Positions 29,243-38,068 of a stretch of DNA of 55,359 nucleotides are shown here, piece after piece; position 1 is the stretch's first letter, and every line of letters starts with the position of its first letter. This stretch comes from Thermoanaerobaculia bacterium (lineage in GTDB: Bacteria > Acidobacteriota > Thermoanaerobaculia > Multivoradales > JAGPDF01), in the NCBI GenBank assembly GCA_019911865.1, contig JAIOJQ010000393.1, positions 1-55,359 on the forward strand. Direction: 5' to 3'. Both the position numbers and the translations under genes were made by a program. The notes beneath the pieces were generated by a model. It did no database searches and was not told where the DNA came from. It worked only from the letters and a program-made list of their open reading frames with translations.

Positions 29243-29932
29243 TCAGGCGCCGGCGGCCGGCCGCCCGAGAATGCTCGCCGCCAGACGGTCGACGAGTTCG
29301 TCGACGCCGGCCGAGCCGGTCTCCACCAGGACGGCATCGGCCGCGGCGACCAGCGGCGAGCTCTCCCGCTCGCGGTCGCGGGCGTCCCGCTCCGCCAGCT
29401 CGCGCGCCACCACCTCCATCGTCGACTCCGCTCCGGAGTCGCGCAGGTCGCGCAGCCGGCGTTCCGCCCGCACGTCGGGCGGCGCGTCGAAGAAGAACTT
29501 CCAGCGCGCCGCGGGCAGCACCCGCGTGCCGATGTCGCGCCCCTCGAGGACGCCGCCGTGGCGGCAGGCGAGAGCGCGCTGCAGCGTCACCATGCGCTGG
29601 CGGACCTCTGGATGGACGGCGGCGCGCGAGGTCGCAGCGGCGACCTCCGCCGACCGGATGCGCGACTCGACCGGCTCGCCGGCGAGCAGCACCTCCGCCC
29701 GGCCGTCGTCGGCAACCCGCAGCTCGATGCGGATCTCCGGCAACGCCGCCGTCACCGCCGCGCGGTCCTCGGGGTCGATTCCGTGCTCGAGCAGGTGGAG
29801 TGCCAGGGCCCGGTACATCGCGCCGGTGTCGAGATAGGGGACGCCGAGGCGCCGCGCCAGTCGGCGGGCGACGGTACTCTTGCCGACCCCCGCCGGGCCG
29901 TCGATCGCGACGACCAGCGGTTCCCGGTTCAC
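29243..29932 (-). CDS. cmk: Cytidylate kinase
   Basis: GTG at 29932 (GTGA overlap with the rluB stop). VVAIDGPAGVGKSTVARRLA..., YLDTGAMYRA. Confidence 0.9.
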   Translation of the reverse strand: MNREPLVVAIDGPAGVGKSTVARRLARRLGVPYLDTGAMYRALALHLLEHGIDPEDRAAVTAALPEIRIELRVADDGRAEVLLAGEPVESRIRSAEVAAATSRAAVHPEVRQRMVTLQRALACRHGGVLEGRDIGTRVLPAARWKFFFDAPPDVRAERRLRDLRDSGAESTMEVVARELAERDARDRERESSPLVAAADAVLVETGSAGVDELVDRLAASILGRPAAGA

Positions 29933-30774
29933 GAGCGCGGCGGCCCCGGCCGACGTCGCCGTGCCGGCGGCTGGCCGTCCCGCGTGCGCGGCGCCGGCCG
30001 AACGGGAGTGGAACGCGGCGGCTTCGCCGTCGCCCGCGCACCGGCGCGCCGCAGGGCGAGGATCTCGCGCTCGCTCAGGTCCCGCAGGGAGCCGACCGGG
30101 ATCTGGTCGTCGCGCAGCGGTCCGATGGCGATCCGCCGCAGTTTCTGCACCGGATGGCCGATGCGGAAGAACATCTCGCGGATCTGGCGCGTCCGACCCT
30201 CCGCGAGTTCGACGTGGAACCAGGCGTTGCCGCCCTCTTCGCCGCGCACCACGGTGGTGCGCTGCGCATCGATCCGGCAGGGCGCGGTGCGGTGGCCGTC
30301 GAGCACGATGCCGCGGCGCAGCCGCTCCAGCTGGCTCTCCTCGGGGGTACCGCGCACCTTGACCTCGTAAGTCTTGTGGCAGCCGTAGCGGGGGTGCGAG
30401 AGGAGGTTGGCGAACTCGCCGTCGTCGGTGAGGATCAGCAGCCCCTCGGTGTTGTAGTCGAGGCGACCGACCGGCACCAGCGCCCGCCGCATCGGCGGCG
30501 GCACCAGGTCGAGCACAGTCGGCCGCCCGTCGGCGTCGGAAACGGCGGTCAGATAGCCCTTCGGCTTGTTGAGCAGCAGGTAGCGGTGCTCGCGCACCGG
30601 CTGCACCCGCTTGCCGTCGACCTTGATCGAGTCGCCTTGCGGGTCGGCCTTCTCGCCCAGCGTGGCGACGCGGCCGTTGACCGTCACCCGCCCTTCGCGA
30701 ATCAGCTCTTCCGCCTTGCGGCGTGCCGCGACTCCGGCACGGGCGAGGATCTTCTGGATGCGCTCGGCGGTCAT
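29929..30774 (-). CDS. rluB: 23S rRNA pseudouridine synthase, RluB/RsuA family
   Basis: ATG at 30774 (ATGA overlap). S4 domain RIQKILARAGVAARRKAEELIREGRVTVNG, catalytic motif VGRLDYNTEGLLILTDDGE, Arg/Pro-rich C-terminal tail. Confidence 0.85.
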   Translation of the reverse strand: MTAERIQKILARAGVAARRKAEELIREGRVTVNGRVATLGEKADPQGDSIKVDGKRVQPVREHRYLLLNKPKGYLTAVSDADGRPTVLDLVPPPMRRALVPVGRLDYNTEGLLILTDDGEFANLLSHPRYGCHKTYEVKVRGTPEESQLERLRRGIVLDGHRTAPCRIDAQRTTVVRGEEGGNAWFHVELAEGRTRQIREMFFRIGHPVQKLRRIAIGPLRDDQIPVGSLRDLSEREILALRRAGARATAKPPRSTPVRPAPRTRDGQPPARRRRPGPPRS

Positions 30775-31613
30775 GTCTCCTCCTCGCCCGCTTCCGGGTC
30801 GATCGCGGCCTCCGGGGGCTCTTCGCTCCCCCCGGGCGCGTGGTCGGGATGGCCGTGCACGGTGAACGAGGCGCTGCCGAGCTCCGACTCGGCCTCGCCG
30901 GCCGACACCATGCCGAGCGCCTCGTGCCCGTGCGAGACCGCTGCCGGCATCGCGATCGCGACATCCCCCTCGCCGCCGCCGAAGGTCTCCTCGAACTCCT
31001 CGAGCGGCGGCAGGTCGGAAAGCGACCGCAGGCCGAAGTGCATCAGGAATTCGCGCGTCGTGGCGTAGACGAAGGGGCGCCCCACCACCTCCCTGCGGCC
31101 GGTGATGCGGATCAGTCGGCGCTCGAGCAGCGTACGGATGGCCGTCGAGGAGTTCCGGGAGCGCAGCTCCTGGACCTCCGGCCCGGTCACGGGCTGGCGA
31201 TAAGCGATGATCGCCAGGGTCTCGAGGGCCGCCATCGAGAGCCGGTTGGCCCCGGCGGCGTCGAAGAAACGGCGCAGCCACGGGTGGCACTCGGGGGCAG
31301 TGACGATGCGCAGGCCGCCGGCGACCTCCTCCAGTCGCACGCCGCGCCCTTCGTCAGCGGCGTAGCGGGAGCGCACGGCGTCGAGGGCCACGCGCGCCTC
31401 TGCACGCTCCCCCTCCTCGAAGACGCCGAGCAGGCGCTCGATCGAGACGGGCTCCGCGGTGACGAAGAGGATCGCCTCGAGCGCCGCCTGGAACTCGGCC
31501 CGCGGCGCAGGCGACGGCGCGGCGGCCAGGGCGGACTCCGGCGTTTCCGTTCCGGCGTCCGGTGTCCCGTCCGGGGCGACTTCCGGCTGCTGAATGGGCT
31601 CTTCTGCGTTCAT
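30771..31613 (-). CDS. scpB: Segregation and condensation protein B
   Basis: ATG at 31613 (ATGA overlap). LEAILFVTAEPVSIERL, ALETLAIIAYRQPVTGPEVQELRS, RPFVYATTREFLMHFGL. It also has about 40-aa N-terminal and about 70-aa acidic C-terminal extensions. Confidence 0.85.
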   Translation of the reverse strand: MNAEEPIQQPEVAPDGTPDAGTETPESALAAAPSPAPRAEFQAALEAILFVTAEPVSIERLLGVFEEGERAEARVALDAVRSRYAADEGRGVRLEEVAGGLRIVTAPECHPWLRRFFDAAGANRLSMAALETLAIIAYRQPVTGPEVQELRSRNSSTAIRTLLERRLIRITGRREVVGRPFVYATTREFLMHFGLRSLSDLPPLEEFEETFGGGEGDVAIAMPAAVSHGHEALGMVSAGEAESELGSASFTVHGHPDHAPGGSEEPPEAAIDPEAGEEET

Positions 31614-32407
31614 GCCTGAATCGTCTCCAGATCCTCGGCCGCGAGGCCTCGGGTCGTGCGGTGAAGCAGGACGGCACCGCTCTCGGTCTGATGCACGCGA
31701 ATCAGGTTGAGTCGCGCCAGCTCGAGCACGGCGAGAAACGCCGAGATCGCCTCGGCCCGGCAGGACCGCCCGCGCAGGTCTTCGAGCAGGTCGAACGGGC
31801 GGCCGGCCTCGAGCGCGGCGAGCAGCCGGTCGAACTGACCGCGCACCGGAAAGGACTCGCCCGGCAGCTGGATGGGATCGGGGTGCTCGCGGTCGAAGCG
31901 GTCCAGCACGGTGCGGAAGGCCGACAGGAGGTCGAACAGCGAGACCTCCTCGAGCGACACCTCCTCCTCCGCTCCCTCCGAACGCCAGTTCCGGCGCGGT
32001 CCGGTCCACACCCCCTGGCGAAGCCGGTCGACCTCGGCCAGGGTCTGGGCGGCGTCGCGCAGGCGCCGATACTCGAGCAGGCGCTGCACCAGCTCCTGGC
32101 GCGGATCCTCCTCCACCGGCGTGCCGTCGAGTTTCTTCGGCCGTGGCAGGAGCATCTTCGACTTGATCTGGATGAGCAGCGCCGCCTCGTAGATGTACTC
32201 GCCGGCGACGTCGAGGTCGAGCTCCTCCATCAGCCGCAGGTATTCGTGGAACTGATCGCAGATGGTGGCCACCGGGATGTCGGTGATCTCGACCTCGTTG
32301 ATCTTGATCAGGTGGAGCAGCAGGTCGAGAGGCCCTTCGAAGGTCGGCAACTGGACCCGCCAGGCCGCGGGCAGCTGCCGCCCGTCCGGCGCCGTCTCGC
32401 CGCTCAC
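31610..32407 (-). CDS. scpA: Segregation and condensation protein A
   Basis: GTG at 32407 (GTGA overlap with the trpS stop). FEGPLDLLLHLIKINEVEITDIPVATI. Confidence 0.85.
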   Translation of the reverse strand: MSGETAPDGRQLPAAWRVQLPTFEGPLDLLLHLIKINEVEITDIPVATICDQFHEYLRLMEELDLDVAGEYIYEAALLIQIKSKMLLPRPKKLDGTPVEEDPRQELVQRLLEYRRLRDAAQTLAEVDRLRQGVWTGPRRNWRSEGAEEEVSLEEVSLFDLLSAFRTVLDRFDREHPDPIQLPGESFPVRGQFDRLLAALEAGRPFDLLEDLRGRSCRAEAISAFLAVLELARLNLIRVHQTESGAVLLHRTTRGLAAEDLETIQA

Positions 32408-33423
32408 GACCCCATCCCTTCCAGGGCGCGCGAATAGTCGAGGCCGACCGCCTCGCGCACCGCGGCCATCGTCGCACCCGCCCGCTCACGCGCCCGCTCC
32501 GAACCCCGCCGCAGGATGGCCAGCAGCTGGCCCCGATCGGCGAGCAGCTCGGCGCGCCGTCTCTGCAGCGGTTCGAGAAATGCGATCAGCTGCTCGGCGA
32601 GCAGCTTCTTGTCCTCCACGCAGCCGATCGCCGCCGCCCGACACTCGCGCTCGACCCGGTCGGCGACCTCCGGCGGCGAGACCAGGCGGTGGAAGGCGAA
32701 CAGATTGCAGGTCTCCGGATGGCCGGGATCGCTGCGCCGGATGCGCGTCGGATCGGTGAACATCGAGCGGCACTTTTCGCGGATGACTTCCGGCGGGTCG
32801 GACAGGTTGATCGCGTTGCCGTAGGACTTCGACATCTTCCGGCCGTCGAGGCCGGGAATGCGCGGGGTCGGCGTGAACAGGGCGCGTGGCTCCGGAAAGA
32901 CCGGGCGATAGAGCGAGTTGAAGCGTCGCGTGATTTCGCGACTGATCTCGAGATGGCTGGCCTGATCCTCGCCGACCGGGACGAGGTTGGCGCGGTAGAG
33001 GATGATGTCCGCCGTCTGCAGCACCGGGTAGCCGAGGAACCCGTACGTCGACAGGTCCCGCGCCTCGATCTCGCGCATCTGCTCCTTGTAGGTGGGCACC
33101 CGCTCGAGCCAGCCGAGCGGCGTGATCATCGACAGCAGGAGGTGCAGTTCGGCATGCTCGGGCACCATCGACTGAACGAAGACGACCGAGCGTTCGGGGT
33201 CGATGCCGGCGGCGATCCAGTCGGCGAGCGCCTCGAGGGTGCTGGAGGCCACCCGGGAAGGATCCTCGTACTCCGACGTCAGTGCGTGCCAGTCGGCGGC
33301 GAAGAAGTAGCAGTCGTGCTGCTCCTGCAGCGCGACCCAGTTCTTCAGCGTGCCGAAGTAGTGCCCCAGGTGGAGCTGACCCGTCGAGCGCATTCCCGAC
33401 AGCACGACCTGACGATCCGACAC
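32404..33423 (-). CDS. trpS: Tryptophan-tRNA ligase
   Basis: GTG at 33423, 8 nt after GGAGGAG. VLSGMRSTGQLHLGHYFG (HIGH region) and KMSKS. 339 aa. The track start at 33480 is 19 codons upstream and has no Shine-Dalgarno. Confidence 0.9.
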   Translation of the reverse strand: MSDRQVVLSGMRSTGQLHLGHYFGTLKNWVALQEQHDCYFFAADWHALTSEYEDPSRVASSTLEALADWIAAGIDPERSVVFVQSMVPEHAELHLLLSMITPLGWLERVPTYKEQMREIEARDLSTYGFLGYPVLQTADIILYRANLVPVGEDQASHLEISREITRRFNSLYRPVFPEPRALFTPTPRIPGLDGRKMSKSYGNAINLSDPPEVIREKCRSMFTDPTRIRRSDPGHPETCNLFAFHRLVSPPEVADRVERECRAAAIGCVEDKKLLAEQLIAFLEPLQRRRAELLADRGQLLAILRRGSERARERAGATMAAVREAVGLDYSRALEGMGS

Positions 33424-33558
33424 CGGACGATCTCCTCCCCGGAAAGGGCGCGCTCGCGCCTGGTTCCCGCTCCGACGCACTCGTCTGTGAGGGTCACCGC
33501 CGCCGCCCCGGTCGCGGCCCGGTCGGCCGACGGCGGGCGTGGCGCTCTGAACGCCCCC

Positions 33559-33567
33559 AGTCTAGCA
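33559..33567 (-). promoter_or_regulatory. Possible extended -10 (TGcTAGACT) for trpS, about 130 nt upstream of the start
   Basis: Minus strand reads gcgTGCTAGACTggggg, in the 186-nt gap between the 4-TM gene and trpS. There is no clear -35. Confidence 0.3.
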
Positions 33568-33609
33568 CGCGCTGCCCGGCCGACCCGGCCCGCCGCGACG
33601 CCCCCGCAC

Positions 33610-34044
33610 TCAGTCGGCGACCGCCTGGCGTCGCAGGGCCGCCACCGAGGTTCCGAGCAGCGCGAGCTGCGCCAGGAGGGCGGCGAAGGCGAGCAGCGCG
33701 TGGTGATTCGCCGCCAGCCGACCCGGGTAGAGCGCCCCGGCGACGGTGAACTGGGCGATGGTCAGCCCGATCGCAGCGACTGCCGCGACGAACACCGTAC
33801 GGATGCCGGCGGATGGCCGCCGCGGCACGCCCAGGCGGCGCAACTCCCGCTGGTGGACCAGCAGATAGACGACCAGCCAGAGATCGACGAAGAGCAGCGT
33901 GAGGGTCGAACCGAAAGCCACCAGCGCGTGGGCAGGCAGCTCGCCCGCCCCCGACGACACGGCATGGCCGGTCCATCCGGCCCAGCTCCAGCCGGCCAGA
34001 CCGAGCAGAGCGAGCCCGAAGACGATGCGGGTCCAGCGGTTCAC
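33610..34044 (-). CDS. Integral membrane protein (144 aa, 4 TM), unknown function
   Basis: GTG at 34044 (GTGA overlap with the GT4 stop) gives VNRWTRIVFGLALLGLAGWSWAGW... Three more hydrophobic helices follow. Confidence 0.45.
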   Translation of the reverse strand: MNRWTRIVFGLALLGLAGWSWAGWTGHAVSSGAGELPAHALVAFGSTLTLLFVDLWLVVYLLVHQRELRRLGVPRRPSAGIRTVFVAAVAAIGLTIAQFTVAGALYPGRLAANHHALLAFAALLAQLALLGTSVAALRRQAVAD

Positions 34045-35180
34045 GATTCCCCCTTCTCTTCGACCAGGCGCTCCCAGGTGGCCGCGGCGACGGCCGGCCG
34101 GTACAGCAGTTCGACCCGCTGGCGCCCCGCGGCGCCCCGCCGCGCGCCGGAGGCCGGATCGGCGGCCAGGTCGGCGAGCGCCGCGGCGAGCGCCGACGGA
34201 TCCTCGCACGGGACCAGCCAGCCGGTCTCACCGTCGATCACCACCTCGGGGATGCCGCTTACCCGGCTGGCGACGACCGGCACCCCGGCCTCCATCGCCT
34301 CCAGGACGACCAGCGGCATCCCTTCGTAGGTCGACGGAACGACCAGCGCCCGGGCCCGCGAAAGCAGGTCCCGCACCTCACCGCGCGACGCCCGGCCGAG
34401 GAAGCGCACCCGTCCGGAGGCGCGCAGCCCGAGCTCGTCGGCCCGCGCCTCGAGGCGGGCGCGGTGTTCGCCGTCGCCGGCGATCCACAGCCGGTCCTCG
34501 CCTCCCGCCGCGAGCGCCTCGAGCAGGACCTCGACCCCCTTGCGGATGCGCAGCCGGCCGACGAAGAGGAGGAAGTCCCGCTCGTCGCCCGGCCCGGGGC
34601 ATCGCTCGGCCGCGGCGGGCAGGCCGCCGGTGACGTTGGGCAGCACCGCGACGTCGCGCGCCCCGTAGTCGCGCTCCAGCTCCGCGGCGGTCGCCGCGCT
34701 GGGCGCCAGCACCCGGTCGGCCAGCCGGGCGCTCAACCGACCGAGCAGGACCTGCAGCGGCACCTTGAAGCGACGGAACCGCTTCTCGACCGCTCCCGGC
34801 CGGCCCAGCACGCGCCCCCCGGCGCGCAGCTCGCGCACCGCCCGCCGCTCCTCGACGTAGCTGACCTGGAGCAGCGCGACGAGCTTCGGTCGGCGCGCGC
34901 CGCGCGGTCCGCACCAGCGCAGCCAGAGGGCGGCCAGGCCGCCGTCGGACTCATGGACCTGCACGACATCGGCGGTAAACGTGCGCAGCGTGCGTCGCAG
35001 CGCCGGCACGACGGCGAGCGGAAAGAGCACTTTCGGCCCGCCGGCTCCCCCGGGGCCGCGGCCGAGAATGCGCACCTCGTGGCCGCGCGCCTCCAGCCCC
35101 GCCGCCAGCTGAACGACCTGCTCGCCGACGCCCGAGAGGTCGTGCGGCGGCAACGTGTTCGCGATCAGGAGAATCCGCAC
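34041..35180 (-). CDS. Glycosyltransferase, GT4 (GT-B fold) family
   Basis: VRILLIANTLPPHDLSGVGEQV...; C-terminal nucleotide-sugar motif VVPSTYEGMPLVVLEAMEAGVPVVASRVSGIPEVV. Confidence 0.8.
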   Translation of the reverse strand: MRILLIANTLPPHDLSGVGEQVVQLAAGLEARGHEVRILGRGPGGAGGPKVLFPLAVVPALRRTLRTFTADVVQVHESDGGLAALWLRWCGPRGARRPKLVALLQVSYVEERRAVRELRAGGRVLGRPGAVEKRFRRFKVPLQVLLGRLSARLADRVLAPSAATAAELERDYGARDVAVLPNVTGGLPAAAERCPGPGDERDFLLFVGRLRIRKGVEVLLEALAAGGEDRLWIAGDGEHRARLEARADELGLRASGRVRFLGRASRGEVRDLLSRARALVVPSTYEGMPLVVLEAMEAGVPVVASRVSGIPEVVIDGETGWLVPCEDPSALAAALADLAADPASGARRGAAGRQRVELLYRPAVAAATWERLVEEKGES

Positions 35181-35184
35181 CCGC

Positions 35185-37278
35185 TCACCCTCCGGCGAAG
35201 CTCTCGTAACGACTGCTAACCCGCGACCGCACGCGGGCCGCGAGCGGCGCCAGCTCCGGCTCGTCGAGTCGAGGCTGCAGGCGGCGGGCGTCGGCCCTTG
35301 CCCGCTCGAGCCATTCGCGGTGGCCGATCAGGTCGGCGACGCGCAGCTTCGGCACCCCCGCCTGGCGCGTGCCGAGCAAGTCTCCGGGGCCGCGGATCTG
35401 CAGGTCGGCCTCGGCGATGGCGAAGCCGTCGCGGGCCGTCGCGAAGACCTCGAGCCGGCGTCCGGCCGTCTCGGAGAGACGCCCGTGCAGGGCGATGCAA
35501 CGCGAAGCTCCGCTCCCCCTGCCCACCCGACCGCGCAGCTGGTGCAGCTGCGCCAGGCCGAAGCGCTCGGCGCTCTCGATCACCATCCAGGTCGCCTCCG
35601 GAACGTCGACCCCGACCTCGATCACCGTCGTCGCGACGAGGACGCGGATCTCCCCGCTGGTGAAGGCTCGCATGATGCGGTCCCGCTCGGCCGCCGGCAA
35701 CCTCCCATGGAGGACGGCGCTCGGCGAGTCGGCGAGGAAGTCGCGCACCCGGGTGCCCATCTGCTCGAGCGAGGCCGCGGAGACCTCCTCGCTCTCCTCG
35801 ATGAGCGGAAAAACCACGTAGGCCCGCGCCCCGGCGGCGAGCGCCCCGCGCAGTCGCCGGTAGACCTCGGCACGGCGGGAACCCGGCACGATCTCCGTGG
35901 CGACCGGCGTGCGTCCGGGCGGCATCTCGTCGAGTACCGACTGCTCGAGATCGCCGTACAGCGTCAGCGCCAGGGAGCGCGGAATCGGCGTCGCCGTCAT
36001 CACCAGCACGTCCGGGCGCTCTCCCTTGGCCTGCAGCAGCCGGCGCTGGGCGACGCCGAAACGGTGCTGCTCGTCGATCACCGCCAGCGCGAGGTTCCGA
36101 AAGACGACGCCACCCTGGATCAGTGCGTGGGTGCCGACGGCGACGTCGAACTCTCCGGCCGCGAGTGCGCGCCGTCGGTCGGCATCGGCCGACGAGCCGG
36201 TGAACAGGCCGACACGGGCGCGGCCGGCGAGCAGCCGCGTCAGGTTGCCGAAATGCTGCTCGGCGAGCAGCTCGGTCGGCGCCATGAAGGCCGCCTGCAG
36301 CCCGCTCGTGGCGGCGATCAGCAGCGCCAGCGCGGCGACGATGGTCTTGCCGCTGCCGACGTCCCCCTGCAGCAGGCGGAGCATCGGCGCTCTGCCCTGC
36401 AGGTCGCCGACGATTTCGCGGACCACCCGCTTCTGCGCCCCGGTCAGCCGGAACGGCAGCATCTCCCGCGCCGCACGCCGGGACTCTTCGTCGATGCGGT
36501 AGTGGTGGCGCTTCTCCACCCGGATCTCGCGCGAGCGCAGTTCCATCAGCTCGAGCTGCAGCTCGAGCAGCTCGCCGTAGACGAGGCGCAGATGTGCCGG
36601 GTCGCTGCGCGCCGCGAGAGCGCCGAGGTCGGCCGCCGGGCCCGGCCGGTGGATCGCCAGCAGCGCCTCCGCCAGGCGCGGCAGCGACCAGGCGGCCAGC
36701 AGGGAATCGGGAAGCAGCTCGGATGGCGGGTCCGCGGCGAGCACCGGCACGACCTGCTCCATCAGGCGTCCGACCGCTGCGGGGCCGATCCCCGCCACCG
36801 CCGGATAGACCGCGACGATGCCACCCTCGCCGCCGGCCTCCGACCAGCCGTGGACGGCGGGGCTGAGCATTTCGAGCAGTCCACCTTCGGTGGCCCGCAC
36901 GTTGCCGAACAGCAGGACTTCGTCGCCGTCGGCGAAGCGGTCCATCAGCCACGGCTGGTTGAACCAGACCACCGGCAGCTGAGCGCCGCCCCCCGCCACC
37001 CGGCCGCGTACGATGACGAAGCCCCGGCGTCGGGTCCGCAACAGCCGCAGCTCGGCGAGGCGGCCGCGTACGGTCCAGCTGCCGGGGCGATCGACCTCGG
37101 CCGGGGCGCACACCCGGCGGCGGTCCTCCCAGCGCAGCGGCAGGTGCCAGAGGAGATCCTCGACCGAGTGGCAGCCGGCGGCGGCCAGCGCCTCCGCGCG
37201 CTGTGGACCGACCCCCTTGAGGAAACGCAGCGGCGAATCGCGGCGCAGCGCGACCCGGGGCGGTGGCGCGGCGCTCAC
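35185..37278 (-). CDS. recG: ATP-dependent DNA helicase RecG
   Basis: 697 aa, GTG start. The wedge/OB N-terminus is followed by LLQGDVGSGKT, VIDEQHRFGV, MTATPIPRSL and the QLHQLRGRVGRG motif. Confidence 0.9.
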   Translation of the reverse strand: MSAAPPPRVALRRDSPLRFLKGVGPQRAEALAAAGCHSVEDLLWHLPLRWEDRRRVCAPAEVDRPGSWTVRGRLAELRLLRTRRRGFVIVRGRVAGGGAQLPVVWFNQPWLMDRFADGDEVLLFGNVRATEGGLLEMLSPAVHGWSEAGGEGGIVAVYPAVAGIGPAAVGRLMEQVVPVLAADPPSELLPDSLLAAWSLPRLAEALLAIHRPGPAADLGALAARSDPAHLRLVYGELLELQLELMELRSREIRVEKRHHYRIDEESRRAAREMLPFRLTGAQKRVVREIVGDLQGRAPMLRLLQGDVGSGKTIVAALALLIAATSGLQAAFMAPTELLAEQHFGNLTRLLAGRARVGLFTGSSADADRRRALAAGEFDVAVGTHALIQGGVVFRNLALAVIDEQHRFGVAQRRLLQAKGERPDVLVMTATPIPRSLALTLYGDLEQSVLDEMPPGRTPVATEIVPGSRRAEVYRRLRGALAAGARAYVVFPLIEESEEVSAASLEQMGTRVRDFLADSPSAVLHGRLPAAERDRIMRAFTSGEIRVLVATTVIEVGVDVPEATWMVIESAERFGLAQLHQLRGRVGRGSGASRCIALHGRLSETAGRRLEVFATARDGFAIAEADLQIRGPGDLLGTRQAGVPKLRVADLIGHREWLERARADARRLQPRLDEPELAPLAARVRSRVSSRYESFAGG

Positions 37279-37279
37279 C

Positions 37280-38068
37280 TCACTCGGTGCGGAAAACGAG
37301 CTCGACGAGCCCGCAGCGGACCTCGTCGCCGGGAGACATCTCGTTGGGCACTCCGGTCTCGAGCCGGTTGCCGTTGAGGAAGGTGCCGTTCATCGTGCCG
37401 ATCTCCTCGGCGAGGAAGTACTTGTCCCCGCGGCGGTAGATCTTGGCGTGTCGACGGCTGATCGACCGCTGAGTGTCGACCGGCGTCAGGTCGACATGGG
37501 GATCGATGCCGGTCACCGGATCGTGGCGGCCGATGGTCGTCTCGGCGCCGGCCGACAGCGGAAAATCCATCCCCGACTTCTCGTGCACGAGGCGTTGCGT
37601 CGCGGTGCTCACCGGGAGCGCGCCGGTCTGCGGCTTCGGCATCTCGACCATCGGCACCTGACCCGGCTTGCCGAGGGCTTCGCGCAGCAGCTGGTCCGTC
37701 TCGCGCAGCCGGCCGGAGAGCTTGCGCATCATCCGCACCGCGATCTCGGGATTGGCGCGCAGCATCTGATCGAACGTCGAGCCGTTGATCATCAGCACCT
37801 TGGCGGCGGTGACCGCGCGCGCCGATGCGGCGCGCGGCAGGTCCTCCAGGATCGCCATCTCGCCGAAGAAGTCCCCCTTCTCGAGCACCGCCAGCACGTG
37901 CGGCTCTGCGCCGGTCTCCTTGGCGATCTCGATGCTTCCTTCGTTGACGATGTACATCTCGGTGCCGAGGTCCCCCTCGCGAAAGATGTACTCGCCGGCG
38001 ACGAACTCGACGGTGAAATTCGGCTGATCGGGCTTGCGGCTGGTGGTCTTGAAGACGGGCTTGTTCAT
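37280..38068 (-). CDS. Cyclic-nucleotide-binding (CAP effector) domain fused to FHA domain; no DNA-binding domain
   Basis: N-terminal half: FVAGEYIFREGDLGTEMYIVNEGSIEI...GDFFGEMAILEDLPRAASARA. C-terminal half: TIGRHD...SISRRHAKIYRRGDKYFLAEEIGTMNGTFLNGNRL. The ATG overlaps the ldcA stop (ATGA), and the recG start lies 1 nt after its stop. Confidence 0.8.
   Translation of the reverse strand: MNKPVFKTTSRKPDQPNFTVEFVAGEYIFREGDLGTEMYIVNEGSIEIAKETGAEPHVLAVLEKGDFFGEMAILEDLPRAASARAVTAAKVLMINGSTFDQMLRANPEIAVRMMRKLSGRLRETDQLLREALGKPGQVPMVEMPKPQTGALPVSTATQRLVHEKSGMDFPLSAGAETTIGRHDPVTGIDPHVDLTPVDTQRSISRRHAKIYRRGDKYFLAEEIGTMNGTFLNGNRLETGVPNEMSPGDEVRCGLVELVFRTE

Noticed and set aside
33424-33609. T-box riboswitch upstream of trpS
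   Set aside because: I could not find a specifier loop with a Trp codon, the conserved T-box 14-mer, or a terminator/antiterminator pair. Only generic GC palindromes are present, so I report it only as an unexplained long leader.
35155-37377. Plus-strand 740-aa ORF and minus-strand off-frame 631-aa ORF (35216..37111) over recG
   Set aside because: recG in its own frame has all the helicase motifs. The alternatives translate to Arg/Pro/Gly-rich sequence. The same reasoning applies to 3510..4691 and 3536..4729 over priA, 21088..23322 over msbA, 24828..27383 over rpsA, 42705..44960 over uvrB, 45202..47178 over PBP1A and 50569..52665 over prs/L25.
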